A stretch of 64,000 nucleotides of DNA. Source: Ahrensia sp. GTDB lineage: Bacteria; Pseudomonadota; Alphaproteobacteria; Rhizobiales; Rhizobiaceae. A program made the position numbers and the translations under genes. Location: contig PAKZ01000032.1 of NCBI GenBank assembly GCA_002706335.1, positions 97,466 to 161,465 of the forward strand, given 5' to 3'. Numbering within the stretch: position 1 is the first letter of the stretch; every line of letters starts with the position of its first letter. The notes under the pieces were generated by a model. The model was not told where the DNA came from. It saw only the letters and a list, made by a program, of their open reading frames with translations, and made no database searches. This document shows positions 1-7,934 of this stretch, piece after piece.

Positions 1-62
1 GGCACGCCCTCCATGCGGGTCGCCGCGATCTCCGCGAAACAGGCTTCGAGCCTGCCAGCCAT
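1..62 (-). CDS. hupJ: Hydrogenase maturation protein HupJ/HoxT-like, 5' end only (runs off the window)
   Basis: Minus-strand ATG at 60-62, 18 nt after the hupI stop. It translates MAGRLEACFAEIAATRMEGVP. Its position directly after the rubredoxin gene matches hupSLCDFGHIJK-type clusters. Confidence 0.45.
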   Translation of the reverse strand, partial: MAGRLEACFAEIAATRMEGV

Positions 63-80
63 GTCGGCGCGCTCGTCCAA

Positions 81-305
81 TCAGCCCTCCTCGACGACCA
101 TGAACCCGGCCTTGCCGCTATCGCATTCGGGACATGTCCAGTGATCCGGCAAATCCGCGAAAGCCACGCCGGGCAGTATCTGCCAATAGGCATCGCCCAG
201 CGCAGGATCGTAGACATGCCAGCAGATCTTGCATTCGAGCCGGGTTGTCGGCCCGATCTTCGCTGCGTCTCCGCCATAGGAACCCGCGAAGAAATGATCG
301 CTCAT
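81..305 (-). CDS. hupI: Rubredoxin-type hydrogenase accessory protein HupI/HoxR
   Basis: 74 aa with two CxxC-type knuckles (CKICWHVYDP ... WTCPECD) typical of rubredoxin. ATGA overlap with the hupH stop. Confidence 0.85.
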   Translation of the reverse strand: MSDHFFAGSYGGDAAKIGPTTRLECKICWHVYDPALGDAYWQILPGVAFADLPDHWTCPECDSGKAGFMVVEEG

Positions 306-1132
306 CGGTAGATCTCCAGGATCTCGTCGAGCCGTTCGGAGGAATCGACGAGATCTTCATCCGACGCGCACGCCACCTCGGGAACCGACGCTATCTCGAT
401 CGTGTTGAGAATCATTGTGTCCTGCGAATTGTAGAACTGGACCCACCAGACTTTGCGCGTCGCCGTGGCGGTGATGCGGCAATTGCCATATCCGCGCGAA
501 AGGATAGTCAGTTCGCCACGCCCGAGAATGTCGTTCAGGAAAAGAAGGTCTTCCTCCGTATGTGGCAGCAGCGACAAATTGATCGCATGCGCAACCCCGT
601 TTGCCTTGTCGAGATGATCGTTGATTTCGGGCAGCAGCGGCGGAGCGTTGAAGATGTTCGGGCCGAAGCTGTCAGCGACCGGCACGGCATTGCGCGCGCC
701 CTCGAAAGCGCCGGCAAGGATGTTCGTCGGAAATGCGCCGACTTCGACATAGTCTCGCGTCACCGCGCCGTCATGCGCCGTCTCCCGCACCCGCCACACG
801 CCGGCCAGCACCGCTTCCTGCGCTTGCGCACGCGCACCGGCGATCACCGAGACTTCGCCTTCGCCGAGGACCTGCTCTACGAAATCGCGATTGGCCGCAT
901 CCAGTCCGCCGAGATCGATGCTTCCGCGCTTGTCGCCGGACTTCAGGATGGCAAGCACCTGTTCGAGAGCCGCCTTGCCGTCCCGATAGCCTTGCGCGTC
1001 CTCGGATTCGGGCAGGTTCGGCGTCGAGAATGTCATCATGCCCGAGGGCATGCGCATGTAGTCTAGCGCCGCCCCGTCTTCTTCACCGGGCTGCGAACCG
1101 GGACCGACGAGGGATGAAAGCGTATCGTTCAT
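302..1132 (-). CDS. hupH: Hydrogenase expression/formation protein HupH (HyaF/HoxQ family)
   Basis: 276-aa ORF between hupG and hupI. GAGGAGA ribosome-binding site upstream of the ATG at 1130-1132. Size and position fit HupH/HyaF. Confidence 0.75.
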   Translation of the reverse strand: MNDTLSSLVGPGSQPGEEDGAALDYMRMPSGMMTFSTPNLPESEDAQGYRDGKAALEQVLAILKSGDKRGSIDLGGLDAANRDFVEQVLGEGEVSVIAGARAQAQEAVLAGVWRVRETAHDGAVTRDYVEVGAFPTNILAGAFEGARNAVPVADSFGPNIFNAPPLLPEINDHLDKANGVAHAINLSLLPHTEEDLLFLNDILGRGELTILSRGYGNCRITATATRKVWWVQFYNSQDTMILNTIEIASVPEVACASDEDLVDSSERLDEILEIYR

Positions 1133-1155
1133 TATTGTCTCCTCGAATCGGGCTG

Positions 1156-1590
1156 TCAGTGGATCAGGCTCGGCTGCGGTGCGCTGCAGCCTTCGGGCAA
1201 TTCGAACCGCGGCGGATCGCTCGGTTCGCGCGACAGGATTTCGGGAATAACGCGAAGATAGTCCGTCCAGTCCTGGATGCGCTGAATGACGCCAAGATAT
1301 TCGCCGTTGCGCAGGAATATCAGCGCCGGGAACGCGTTGAAGCGGTAGCGCCGCTGGATGTCTCGCTCGCTTGCGCGGGCGGCGACCAGCGGCGTGACGG
1401 CACTGCCGAGCGCCCGGGCGAGCTCCGGCACCACGACGGCGACATCGTTGCTTTCGGCGATCCGCTCCGCGTCGCCCGCGACGAACAGCATGGTAAACGG
1501 CAGTTCGCTGGTAACGGCTTCGAGGTCTTCGTCGGTGACCACCGCGATACCTTCCCGGTCGATGATGGATTGCAGAAGTGGCGAGAACAT
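1156..1590 (-). CDS. hupG: Hydrogenase accessory protein HupG (HyaE/HoxO thioredoxin-like chaperone)
   Basis: Internal ATG at 1588-1590 (MFSPLLQSIIDREG...) preceded by GGAGAC. The 47 upstream codons of the track ORF overlap hupF and were discarded. Synteny after the HypC-like hupF. Confidence 0.7.
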   Translation of the reverse strand: MFSPLLQSIIDREGIAVVTDEDLEAVTSELPFTMLFVAGDAERIAESNDVAVVVPELARALGSAVTPLVAARASERDIQRRYRFNAFPALIFLRNGEYLGVIQRIQDWTDYLRVIPEILSREPSDPPRFELPEGCSAPQPSLIH

Positions 1591-1603
1591 CAGGGTCTCC
1601 TTT

Positions 1604-1918
1604 TCAATTGTCGTTCGACGCCGCGGGGCGCAGGAACTCGGGCAATTCCGGTTCGCGATCGATGAGGTCAGCAAAGAGGTGGTCAAAACCGCTCTCGCCT
1701 CGCATCGCCATTTCCAGAGCCTCGATCGCATCCGCGGAGCGGTGGGCGGTCTCTTCGGAAATCACCTCGCGGGCAGCGCCGAGAAACACCATGACCCAGG
1801 TGCCCTCGGGAATCTCGCCGACGAGGCTCATGTCGATCTCGTGGTCGCCGTCGCGCGCCCGGCATAGCGCCCGGATCGCGCCGGGTTCGACCACCTGCAT
1901 CGGAACTCCGAGACACAT
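1604..1918 (-). CDS. hupF: HypC-family hydrogenase chaperone HupF/HoxL
   Basis: Starts MCLGVPMQV, the hallmark N-terminal Cys motif of the HypC/HupF family. The ATG at 1916-1918 overlaps the hupD stop (ATGA). Confidence 0.85.
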   Translation of the reverse strand: MCLGVPMQVVEPGAIRALCRARDGDHEIDMSLVGEIPEGTWVMVFLGAAREVISEETAHRSADAIEALEMAMRGESGFDHLFADLIDREPELPEFLRPAASNDN

Positions 1919-2604
1919 CAGGTCGCCCTCGTCTTGACGAGACGTTCGATCTCGGCCTCGAAATCCTCCGGACCGCGCCATTCCTCCGATGCCAGCACGC
2001 GTGCATCGCCATGCCGGAACGCGTTTCGCTCGTCGGGTCGGCCGGCTTCGTATCGGCCAAGCGTCATTTCCAGAGACGCTATCGTGTCGTCCTCTCCGAG
2101 CGGCTCGGTCCTTGGCCTTGCCTCGACGCCATGCTCAGCAAGAAACTCCAGTGCCATTTCGATCGAAGGGGTGATCTGCGCCCGCACCTCGGGCCGCAGG
2201 CTGCCGCCATAATCTTCCAGTTCCACCGGCTGGACGCCGATCAGGAGAAGATGTTTGGGGTAGTCCCCCATCATCTCCGCCATGGCGAGGACTTCCTGGA
2301 AACCGGTCTGGTGTAGCGAGATCTTCTTGGCGCCCATGAATTTCGGCACCTCGTCGCCCTCGACGCGCTTCAGCGTGCCCGGCGGCAGGCCGTAATCGAC
2401 CGCGTCGAACACAATCAGGATATCGGCCTCGCGAACATGCTGGACGAGGTAGATGCCCTGCGTGCCGCCATCCATCACGCGCACATCGTCATCGAATTCA
2501 TAGGCGCGGTGCAGTTCCTCGACCGCGCGCACGCCGAAACCCTCATCGGCCCACAGCAGATTGCCGATGCCAAGAATGAGCACAGTGGTGCCGCGCGACC
2601 GCAT
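1918..2604 (-). CDS. hupD: [NiFe]-hydrogenase large-subunit C-terminal maturation endopeptidase HupD (HyaD/HoxM)
   Basis: VLILGIGNLLWADEGFGVRAV ... GGTQG ... SLHQTGFQEVL motifs of hydrogenase maturation proteases. Start chosen at MRSRGTTVL (2602-2604). Confidence 0.85.
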   Translation of the reverse strand: MRSRGTTVLILGIGNLLWADEGFGVRAVEELHRAYEFDDDVRVMDGGTQGIYLVQHVREADILIVFDAVDYGLPPGTLKRVEGDEVPKFMGAKKISLHQTGFQEVLAMAEMMGDYPKHLLLIGVQPVELEDYGGSLRPEVRAQITPSIEMALEFLAEHGVEARPRTEPLGEDDTIASLEMTLGRYEAGRPDERNAFRHGDARVLASEEWRGPEDFEAEIERLVKTRAT

Positions 2605-2659
2605 GCGCGTCTCCTCCCATATTCCTTGCCCTTTCGGGCCTCCCGATCTGAAGTCGATC

Positions 2660-2674
2660 GCAAGTGGCATGCCA
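2660..2674 (-). promoter_or_regulatory. Sigma54-type -24/-12 promoter element upstream of hupD
   Basis: The minus strand reads TGGCATGCCACTTGC (GG and GC in consensus TGGCAC-N5-TTGC spacing), about 56 nt upstream of the hupD ATG. An AT-rich block (2735-2780) and the inverted repeat GAATGC-N5-GCATTC (2790-2806) lie upstream at enhancer distance. Confidence 0.5.
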
Positions 2675-2844
2675 AACGTGAAAACAAGCGAGACCGCCCG
2701 GATTTCCGGACAAAAGACGGCCCGTCAATTTCCGCACTTGAAAAGATATATTCCAGTAAAGACGTAATATGGAAAGAAAGTTTGCACCTGAATGCCGGCA
2801 GCATTCTCGCCATGAAAAGCGTCCTGCCAGCCTGCAAACCGCCG

Positions 2845-2900
2845 CTTGCCACCCCAACGAAAACGGGGCCCGAAGGCCCCGTTTTCGTTGGGGTGGCAAG
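2845..2900 (-). terminator. 26-bp perfect stem-loop 10 nt downstream of hupC (terminator, attenuator or mRNA 3' stabiliser)
   Basis: cttgccaccccaacgaaaacggggcc / cgaa / ggccccgttttcgttggggtggcaag. On the transcribed minus strand the loop reads C(UUCG)G. There is no immediate U tract (CGGCGGUUUG follows). Confidence 0.6.
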
Positions 2901-2910
2901 ACAGGAAGGA

Positions 2911-3630
2911 TCAGTGTCCGTCATCCGCCGGCCTGCCGTCCCTGAAGGTGCGCCAGCCGGAAAACATCGACGACATGATCGATTGCCGCGACATGATATC
3001 CTCCCGGACCGCCGCATAGATATGGACGATCGCGAAGCAGACGATCAGCCACATGCCCAGATGGTGCCAGCTGTGCACGTCCTGGCTCTGCCCGAAGAGC
3101 GGGATGATCCAGGAAGAGAAGAGATCGTATTGCCACGAGCCCATCCCGGCACCTTCGCCATAGAGCGCCAGGCCGGTACAGATCATGAAGACGATGCCCC
3201 AGACGAACATCACATGCATGGTCAGCGTCGCCAGCGGGTTGTGCCCGGAATATTTCAGCGGCTCCTTGGCGATCATCGCGTACCACGTCAGTTCGTGGAA
3301 CAATTCCTTCCAGAACGAACCGCGCCAGACCGGCGGCAGGAAGATCTGTCGCGCATGCGTGTTGCCGACAAAGGCCCAGTAAACGCGGAAGACGAAGCCG
3401 ATGATCAGGATATAGGCCGCGGCAAAATGGAGATAGCGGATCCAGCCGAACAGGAAGGACGCGCTCGCCTCGCCGCCGACAGCCGGCGGCGGCGATCCGA
3501 TGAAATAGCCGGTGATGGCCAGCACGAGGATCGATCCGGCATTGGCCCAGTGCCAAAGCCGCACCGGTGCCTGGTAGACATAGACCGCCTCCTCGGAGTG
3601 GCTCGAAGCAACATCTGCACTCATGATCAT
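2911..3630 (-). CDS. hupC: Hydrogenase b-type cytochrome membrane subunit HupC (HyaC/HoxZ)
   Basis: Four predicted TM helices and conserved His residues (RLWHWANA, GHNPLA, HSWHHLGMW, IVHIY). GGGGAGGG ribosome-binding site before the ATG at 3628-3630. Follows hupL. Confidence 0.85.
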   Translation of the reverse strand: MIMSADVASSHSEEAVYVYQAPVRLWHWANAGSILVLAITGYFIGSPPPAVGGEASASFLFGWIRYLHFAAAYILIIGFVFRVYWAFVGNTHARQIFLPPVWRGSFWKELFHELTWYAMIAKEPLKYSGHNPLATLTMHVMFVWGIVFMICTGLALYGEGAGMGSWQYDLFSSWIIPLFGQSQDVHSWHHLGMWLIVCFAIVHIYAAVREDIMSRQSIMSSMFSGWRTFRDGRPADDGH

Positions 3631-3638
3631 GCCCTCCC

Positions 3639-5438
3639 CTAGCGCACCTTGATCTCGGCCATCTCCTGGCCGTCCGGACCCATCACATGGGTCGAGCAGG
3701 CGAGGCACGGGTCGAAGGAATGCAGCGTGCGCAGGATTTCCACCGGCTCCTCCGGACGCTCCATCTTCGTGTTCATCAGCGACGCCTCGAAGGCGCCGAT
3801 ATTGCCTTCATTGTCGCGCGGCGACCCGTTCCAGGTGGTCGGAACGACGCATTGGTAATTGTCGATCTTGGTGTCCTTGATCCGGATCCAGTGCGCCAGC
3901 GCCCCGCGCGGAGCCTCGGTGAAACCGACGCCCTTGACCTCGGTCGGCCAGGTCTGCGGATCGAACTTCTCGACATTCGCCGTCGCCGTATCGCCCGCCT
4001 TGATGTTGGCGATCAGCTTGTCGAAGAAATAGACCTGCATATCGGCCGCCCATTCCGCCTCCAGCGCGCGCGCGGCCGTCCGCCCGAGCGTCGAGAACAA
4101 GGCGTCGACCGGCACGTCGAGGGTCCTCAGCGTGCGGTTGATCTGATCTGTGAAATATTCATGGCCTTGCGCGTAGCCGACGATGTAGCGGGCAAGCGGC
4201 CCGACCTCCATCGCATGGCCGCGCCAGCGCGGTGCCTTGATCCATGAATACTTCGCGGCCTCGTCGAGCTCGATTATGTTCGTGCTCGTGCCCTTGGCGT
4301 TCGCACCGAGAACGTAGTTCGGCTCGGTAATGCCGTCCCACGGGTGCAGGCCCTTCTTTTCGTCCGGATAGGCGTACCAGCTGTGCGGGACGAATTCCTG
4401 GATCTGCTCCGGGTCGCGGAGATCGACCTCGTGGACCTCTTCGAGCTTGCCGTTGATGATGGCCCCGCGCGGCATCATCAAATTGCCTGGCGAGTAGTCG
4501 TTGGCCCTGTCCGGAATATCGCCATAGGCGAGCACGCTCGTGCTCGATAGCCCCCCGCCATAGAGCCATCCCTTGTAGAGCCCGCCGATTGCCAGAATGT
4601 CCGGAATGTAGACGTTCTTCACGAATTCAAGCGTACGATCGATAACGCCCTTCACATAGTTCAGGCGATCCATGTTAACGGGCGCGCCCGCGGCGAGTTC
4701 CCCGTCGATATTGATCGCGCAGGGCACACCGCCGACAAGCCAGTTCGGGTGAATGTCCTTGCCGCCGAAGATCGTGCGCGTCGTCATGATCTCCTTCTGG
4801 AAATCGAGCGCCTCCAGATAATGCGTCACCGCCATCAGGTCCGCTTCCGGCGGCAGCAGATAGGCCGGGTTCGTCCAGTATCCGTTCTTGAACGGACCAA
4901 GCTGACCGGATTCGACGAACTTTTTCAGGCGGCTCTGGATGTCGCGGAAATAACCAGGCGATGACTTCGGATGGCTCGGCGAGACCGTCTGCTGCAATTC
5001 GGACGTCGCTTTCGGATCCGCCTTCAACGCATTGACGGGATTCACCCAATCCAGCGCGTGCAGATGATAGAAATGCACGAGGTGGTCATGGATCTGCAGC
5101 GAAAGCTGCATGATGTTTCGGATCGAGTTTGCGTTCTCGGGAATGTCGATCCCGAGCGCGTCCTCTACGGCGCGCACAGAGGTCAGCGCATGCGTGCCCG
5201 TGCACACCCCGCAGATGCGCTGAGTGAACGCCCAGGCGTCACGCGGGTCGCGACCCTTCAGGATCACCTCCAGACCGCGCCACATCGTGCCGGTCGAGAC
5301 CGCGTTGCGTATAATGTTATTCTCGTCGACATTGACCTCGCAACGCATGTGCCCCTCGATCCGGGTAACCGGATCGACGACGACGCGCTGGCCGGATGTG
5401 TCGAGATTGAAGCCGTTGGGTGTCTGCATTGTAGCCAT
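3639..5438 (-). CDS. hupL: Uptake [NiFe]-hydrogenase large subunit HupL
   Basis: [10 protein letters not shown]... with N-terminal [10 protein letters not shown] and C-terminal DPCLACSTH Ni-binding motifs, followed by a 15-aa tail. The ATG at 5436-5438 overlaps the hupS stop. The 202 extra N-terminal codons of the track ORF overlap hupS and were rejected. Confidence 0.95.
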   Translation of the reverse strand: MATMQTPNGFNLDTSGQRVVVDPVTRIEGHMRCEVNVDENNIIRNAVSTGTMWRGLEVILKGRDPRDAWAFTQRICGVCTGTHALTSVRAVEDALGIDIPENANSIRNIMQLSLQIHDHLVHFYHLHALDWVNPVNALKADPKATSELQQTVSPSHPKSSPGYFRDIQSRLKKFVESGQLGPFKNGYWTNPAYLLPPEADLMAVTHYLEALDFQKEIMTTRTIFGGKDIHPNWLVGGVPCAINIDGELAAGAPVNMDRLNYVKGVIDRTLEFVKNVYIPDILAIGGLYKGWLYGGGLSSTSVLAYGDIPDRANDYSPGNLMMPRGAIINGKLEEVHEVDLRDPEQIQEFVPHSWYAYPDEKKGLHPWDGITEPNYVLGANAKGTSTNIIELDEAAKYSWIKAPRWRGHAMEVGPLARYIVGYAQGHEYFTDQINRTLRTLDVPVDALFSTLGRTAARALEAEWAADMQVYFFDKLIANIKAGDTATANVEKFDPQTWPTEVKGVGFTEAPRGALAHWIRIKDTKIDNYQCVVPTTWNGSPRDNEGNIGAFEASLMNTKMERPEEPVEILRTLHSFDPCLACSTHVMGPDGQEMAEIKVR

Positions 5439-6514
5439 CAGTTTTCCCCTCCCTTTTGGCGGGCGCGCTTGATGGCGCTGACCCCGGCATGCGCGGCGGC
5501 GGCCACGCCGACGACCGCTGCGGCGGTGCCGCCGATCTTGTCCGCATCGGCCTCGATGCCGAAGCCATGAATGTCGGTCAGACGGTCGTAGAATGACCCC
5601 TTGTCCCAGAAGCCGTCTTCCGAGCAGCCGAAGCAGCCGTGGCCGGACTGGATCGGGAAGGACAGGCCGCCGGTCCAGCGCACAGTCGAACAGGCATTGT
5701 AGGTGGTCGGCCCCTTGCAACCCACCTTGTAGAGGCAGTAGCCCTTCCGCGCGCCCTCGTCGTCGAAATGCTCGACGAACTGGCCGGCGTCGAAATGCGG
5801 CCGACGATAGCACTTGTCGTGGATGCGCTGCGAATAGAACATCTTCGGCCGGCCCTGCCGGTCGAGTTCCGGAAACCGCTCGAAGGTCAGGATATACGTG
5901 ATCACCGCGGTCATCACCTCGGCGATCGGCGGGCAGCCGGGCACCTTGATGATCGGCTTTGGCGCCAGCCCGGGCACCTTGTGAATGGGGGTCGCCTGGG
6001 TCGGGTTCGGCCTTGCCGCCTGCACGCAACCCCACGACGCGCACGAGCCCCAGGAAATGATGGCCTTGCAGTGGTCGGCCGCATGTTTCAGCTGTTCCAG
6101 ATAGGGCCGGCCGCCGATGATGCAGGACATGCCTTCCTGGTTCAGCGGCGGATTGCCCTCGCAGGCGAGGATATAATTGCCGTCATATTTCTCGATCGTC
6201 TCTTCGATGATCGCCTCGGCCTGCTGGCCGGCCGCCGCCATGATCGTGTCGTCATAGTCGAGCGAGATCATCGACAGGATCACGTCCTTGGCCAGCGGAT
6301 GCGCCGACCGAATGAAGCTCTCCGAACAGCAGGTGCATTCGAGCCCGTGCAGCCATAGAACCGGAATGCGCGGCTTGGTTTCCATCGCATGGGCGATCTG
6401 CGGCGCAAATGTGGGACCAAGCCCCAGCGAAGCCGCCGTCAGACTGCAGAATTTCAGAAAGCTGCGCCGGGTGATCCCCTGCCGGCGCATGACCTCATAA
6501 AAGGTTTCGGTCAT
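5438..6514 (-). CDS. hupS: Uptake [NiFe]-hydrogenase small subunit HupS (Tat-exported, O2-tolerant group 1d signature)
   Basis: Twin-arginine leader (TRRSFLKF ... AHA). Cluster-binding motifs [21 protein letters not shown] and CxxC. C-terminal membrane anchor. Confidence 0.95.
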   Translation of the reverse strand: MTETFYEVMRRQGITRRSFLKFCSLTAASLGLGPTFAPQIAHAMETKPRIPVLWLHGLECTCCSESFIRSAHPLAKDVILSMISLDYDDTIMAAAGQQAEAIIEETIEKYDGNYILACEGNPPLNQEGMSCIIGGRPYLEQLKHAADHCKAIISWGSCASWGCVQAARPNPTQATPIHKVPGLAPKPIIKVPGCPPIAEVMTAVITYILTFERFPELDRQGRPKMFYSQRIHDKCYRRPHFDAGQFVEHFDDEGARKGYCLYKVGCKGPTTYNACSTVRWTGGLSFPIQSGHGCFGCSEDGFWDKGSFYDRLTDIHGFGIEADADKIGGTAAAVVGVAAAAHAGVSAIKRARQKGGEN

Positions 6515-6572
6515 GTTTGGTCACTCCTCCGATCGTCGACGCATAACGCGCCCTCTTCCGGAGGAACCAAAC

Positions 6573-6588
6573 GCAACCTATGTGCCAA
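6573..6588 (-). promoter_or_regulatory. Sigma54 -24/-12 promoter of the hupSL operon
   Basis: The minus strand reads TTGGCACATAGGTTGC, an exact TGGCAC-N5-TTGC, about 59 nt upstream of the hupS ATG. An AT-rich tract (6589-6640, IHF-like) follows. A 9-bp direct repeat TTGGAAACC sits at 6664-6672 and 6684-6692, about 100-130 bp upstream of the predicted start. Confidence 0.8.
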
Positions 6589-6762
6589 TTCGATATTATT
6601 ATTTTTATTCAGATAGTTATCTTGATTTAAAGCCTCTACGACTCAATAAACTGAGAACATGAATTGGAAACCCGGCAACCGGTTTGGAAACCAGCTGACC
6701 GCCGGGGCGTTGCCGAATGAAAGGAAACGGGCGACAAACGGGCGTCTTTCTGGATTGCGCAA

Positions 6763-7713
6763 ATGACCCTCCTTCTCATCCACGCCGGCGGCACGATCGG
6801 CATGATACAAACATCGACCGGCTTTGCGCCCGCGCCTGGCGTCGTCGAGGATCACATCCGCGATCATATCGCGAGCGGTGAGCTACCGCCGGTGGATATC
6901 CGGCTGCTCGAGCCGCTGATCGACAGTGCTAACGCCACCCCCGAAGATTGGGACCGCATAGCCCGAATCGTCCATGCAGAGCACGACCGCTATGACGCTT
7001 TCGTCGTTACCCATGGCACCGACACGCTTGCCTACACCTCCGCTGCGCTTTGCTATGCGCTCGAAGGACTCGTGAAACCGGTGATCCTCACCGGATCGAT
7101 GTTGCCGCTGACGGTCGAGGGAAGCGACGGTCCCCGCAATTTGAGAGATGCTATGAAGCAGGCCGGCACCGCGCCGCCCGGCGTCCGGGTCCAGTTTGCC
7201 GGCCGGTTGCTGCACGGCGCGCGCACCCGCAAGACCCACTCGCGCAATCTCGACGCCTTCGCCGCCGATCCAAGCGACGTTGCGCCACGCCGGCCCGGCT
7301 CAACTCTTCAGCTGCACAGCCCGGCGGTCGCGGACATCGCCGTCCTGGCCGTCGCACCCGGCATGTCCGACACCTTGGTTCGTCATGCGGCTGCGCTTTG
7401 CGATGGTATCGTGCTCCGCTGCTACGGCTCCGGCACTGTCCCCCAATTGGAAGGCCTGCGCCAGGCGCTCGCAACGGCCTGGGAGCGGCAATGCCCGGTC
7501 GTCGCCGTCAGCCAGTGCCCCGAGGGCGGCCTAGCGCTTGGCACTTATTCCGCCGGAGAGATGCTGACCGAATTCAACGTCGTCGACGGCCGCGACATCA
7601 CCATCGAGGCCGCCTATGCGAAACTCGCCTATGTGCTTGCCGAAACCTGCGATTTCCCCGCCCGGCTCGAGAAGCTTCAACAGCCTCTCTGCGGCGAACT
7701 CACCCTCTCGTGA
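6763..7713 (+). CDS. ansA: L-asparaginase, type I (cytoplasmic AnsA family)
   Basis: N-terminal HAGGTIGM and HGTDTLAYTSAAL catalytic motifs. 316 aa with no signal peptide. Confidence 0.8.
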   Translation: MTLLLIHAGGTIGMIQTSTGFAPAPGVVEDHIRDHIASGELPPVDIRLLEPLIDSANATPEDWDRIARIVHAEHDRYDAFVVTHGTDTLAYTSAALCYALEGLVKPVILTGSMLPLTVEGSDGPRNLRDAMKQAGTAPPGVRVQFAGRLLHGARTRKTHSRNLDAFAADPSDVAPRRPGSTLQLHSPAVADIAVLAVAPGMSDTLVRHAAALCDGIVLRCYGSGTVPQLEGLRQALATAWERQCPVVAVSQCPEGGLALGTYSAGEMLTEFNVVDGRDITIEAAYAKLAYVLAETCDFPARLEKLQQPLCGELTLS

Positions 7714-7868
7714 GCCTTCCGCAAAGCAGTGCGATGACCGGCCTCTTAACGGATTACTGAAAGCGTACTGGTGTTTTCGGATTCCGATCAGCGTCGAGAA
7801 CAATGCAAGGCCGACCCTAGAGGGCACCTAATCGCCACAAAACAACTAAGAACACTTAACCAGACAGG

Positions 7869-7895
7869 AAATGGCCGCCTCTCGGGCGGCCATTT
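7869..7895 (+). terminator. Stem-loop between convergent ansA and dctM (probable intrinsic or bidirectional terminator)
   Basis: aaatggccgcc-tctcg-ggcggccattt followed by TTTGCCTTT. Confidence 0.5.
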
Positions 7896-7934
7896 GCCTT
7901 TACAACTCTGCAAATCGTCATGAATCGCCGAAGC

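Noticed and set aside
134-1066. 310-aa plus-strand ORF across hupH/hupI
   Set aside because: It lies antisense to well-supported hup genes. It is Arg/Ala/Pro-rich with no motifs, the typical shadow ORF of high-GC DNA.
2475-3017. 180-aa and 118-aa minus-strand ORFs spanning the hupC-hupD spacer
   Set aside because: They run through the 26-bp palindrome and overlap the 3' end of hupC. The composition is non-coding-like, and the spacer is better explained as regulatory.
5439-6044. N-terminal 202-codon extension of the hupL track ORF (3639-6044)
   Set aside because: It overlaps hupS in another frame and is Arg/Gly-rich junk. The canonical HupL N-terminus ([10 protein letters not shown]) starts at 5438 with ATGA coupling to hupS.
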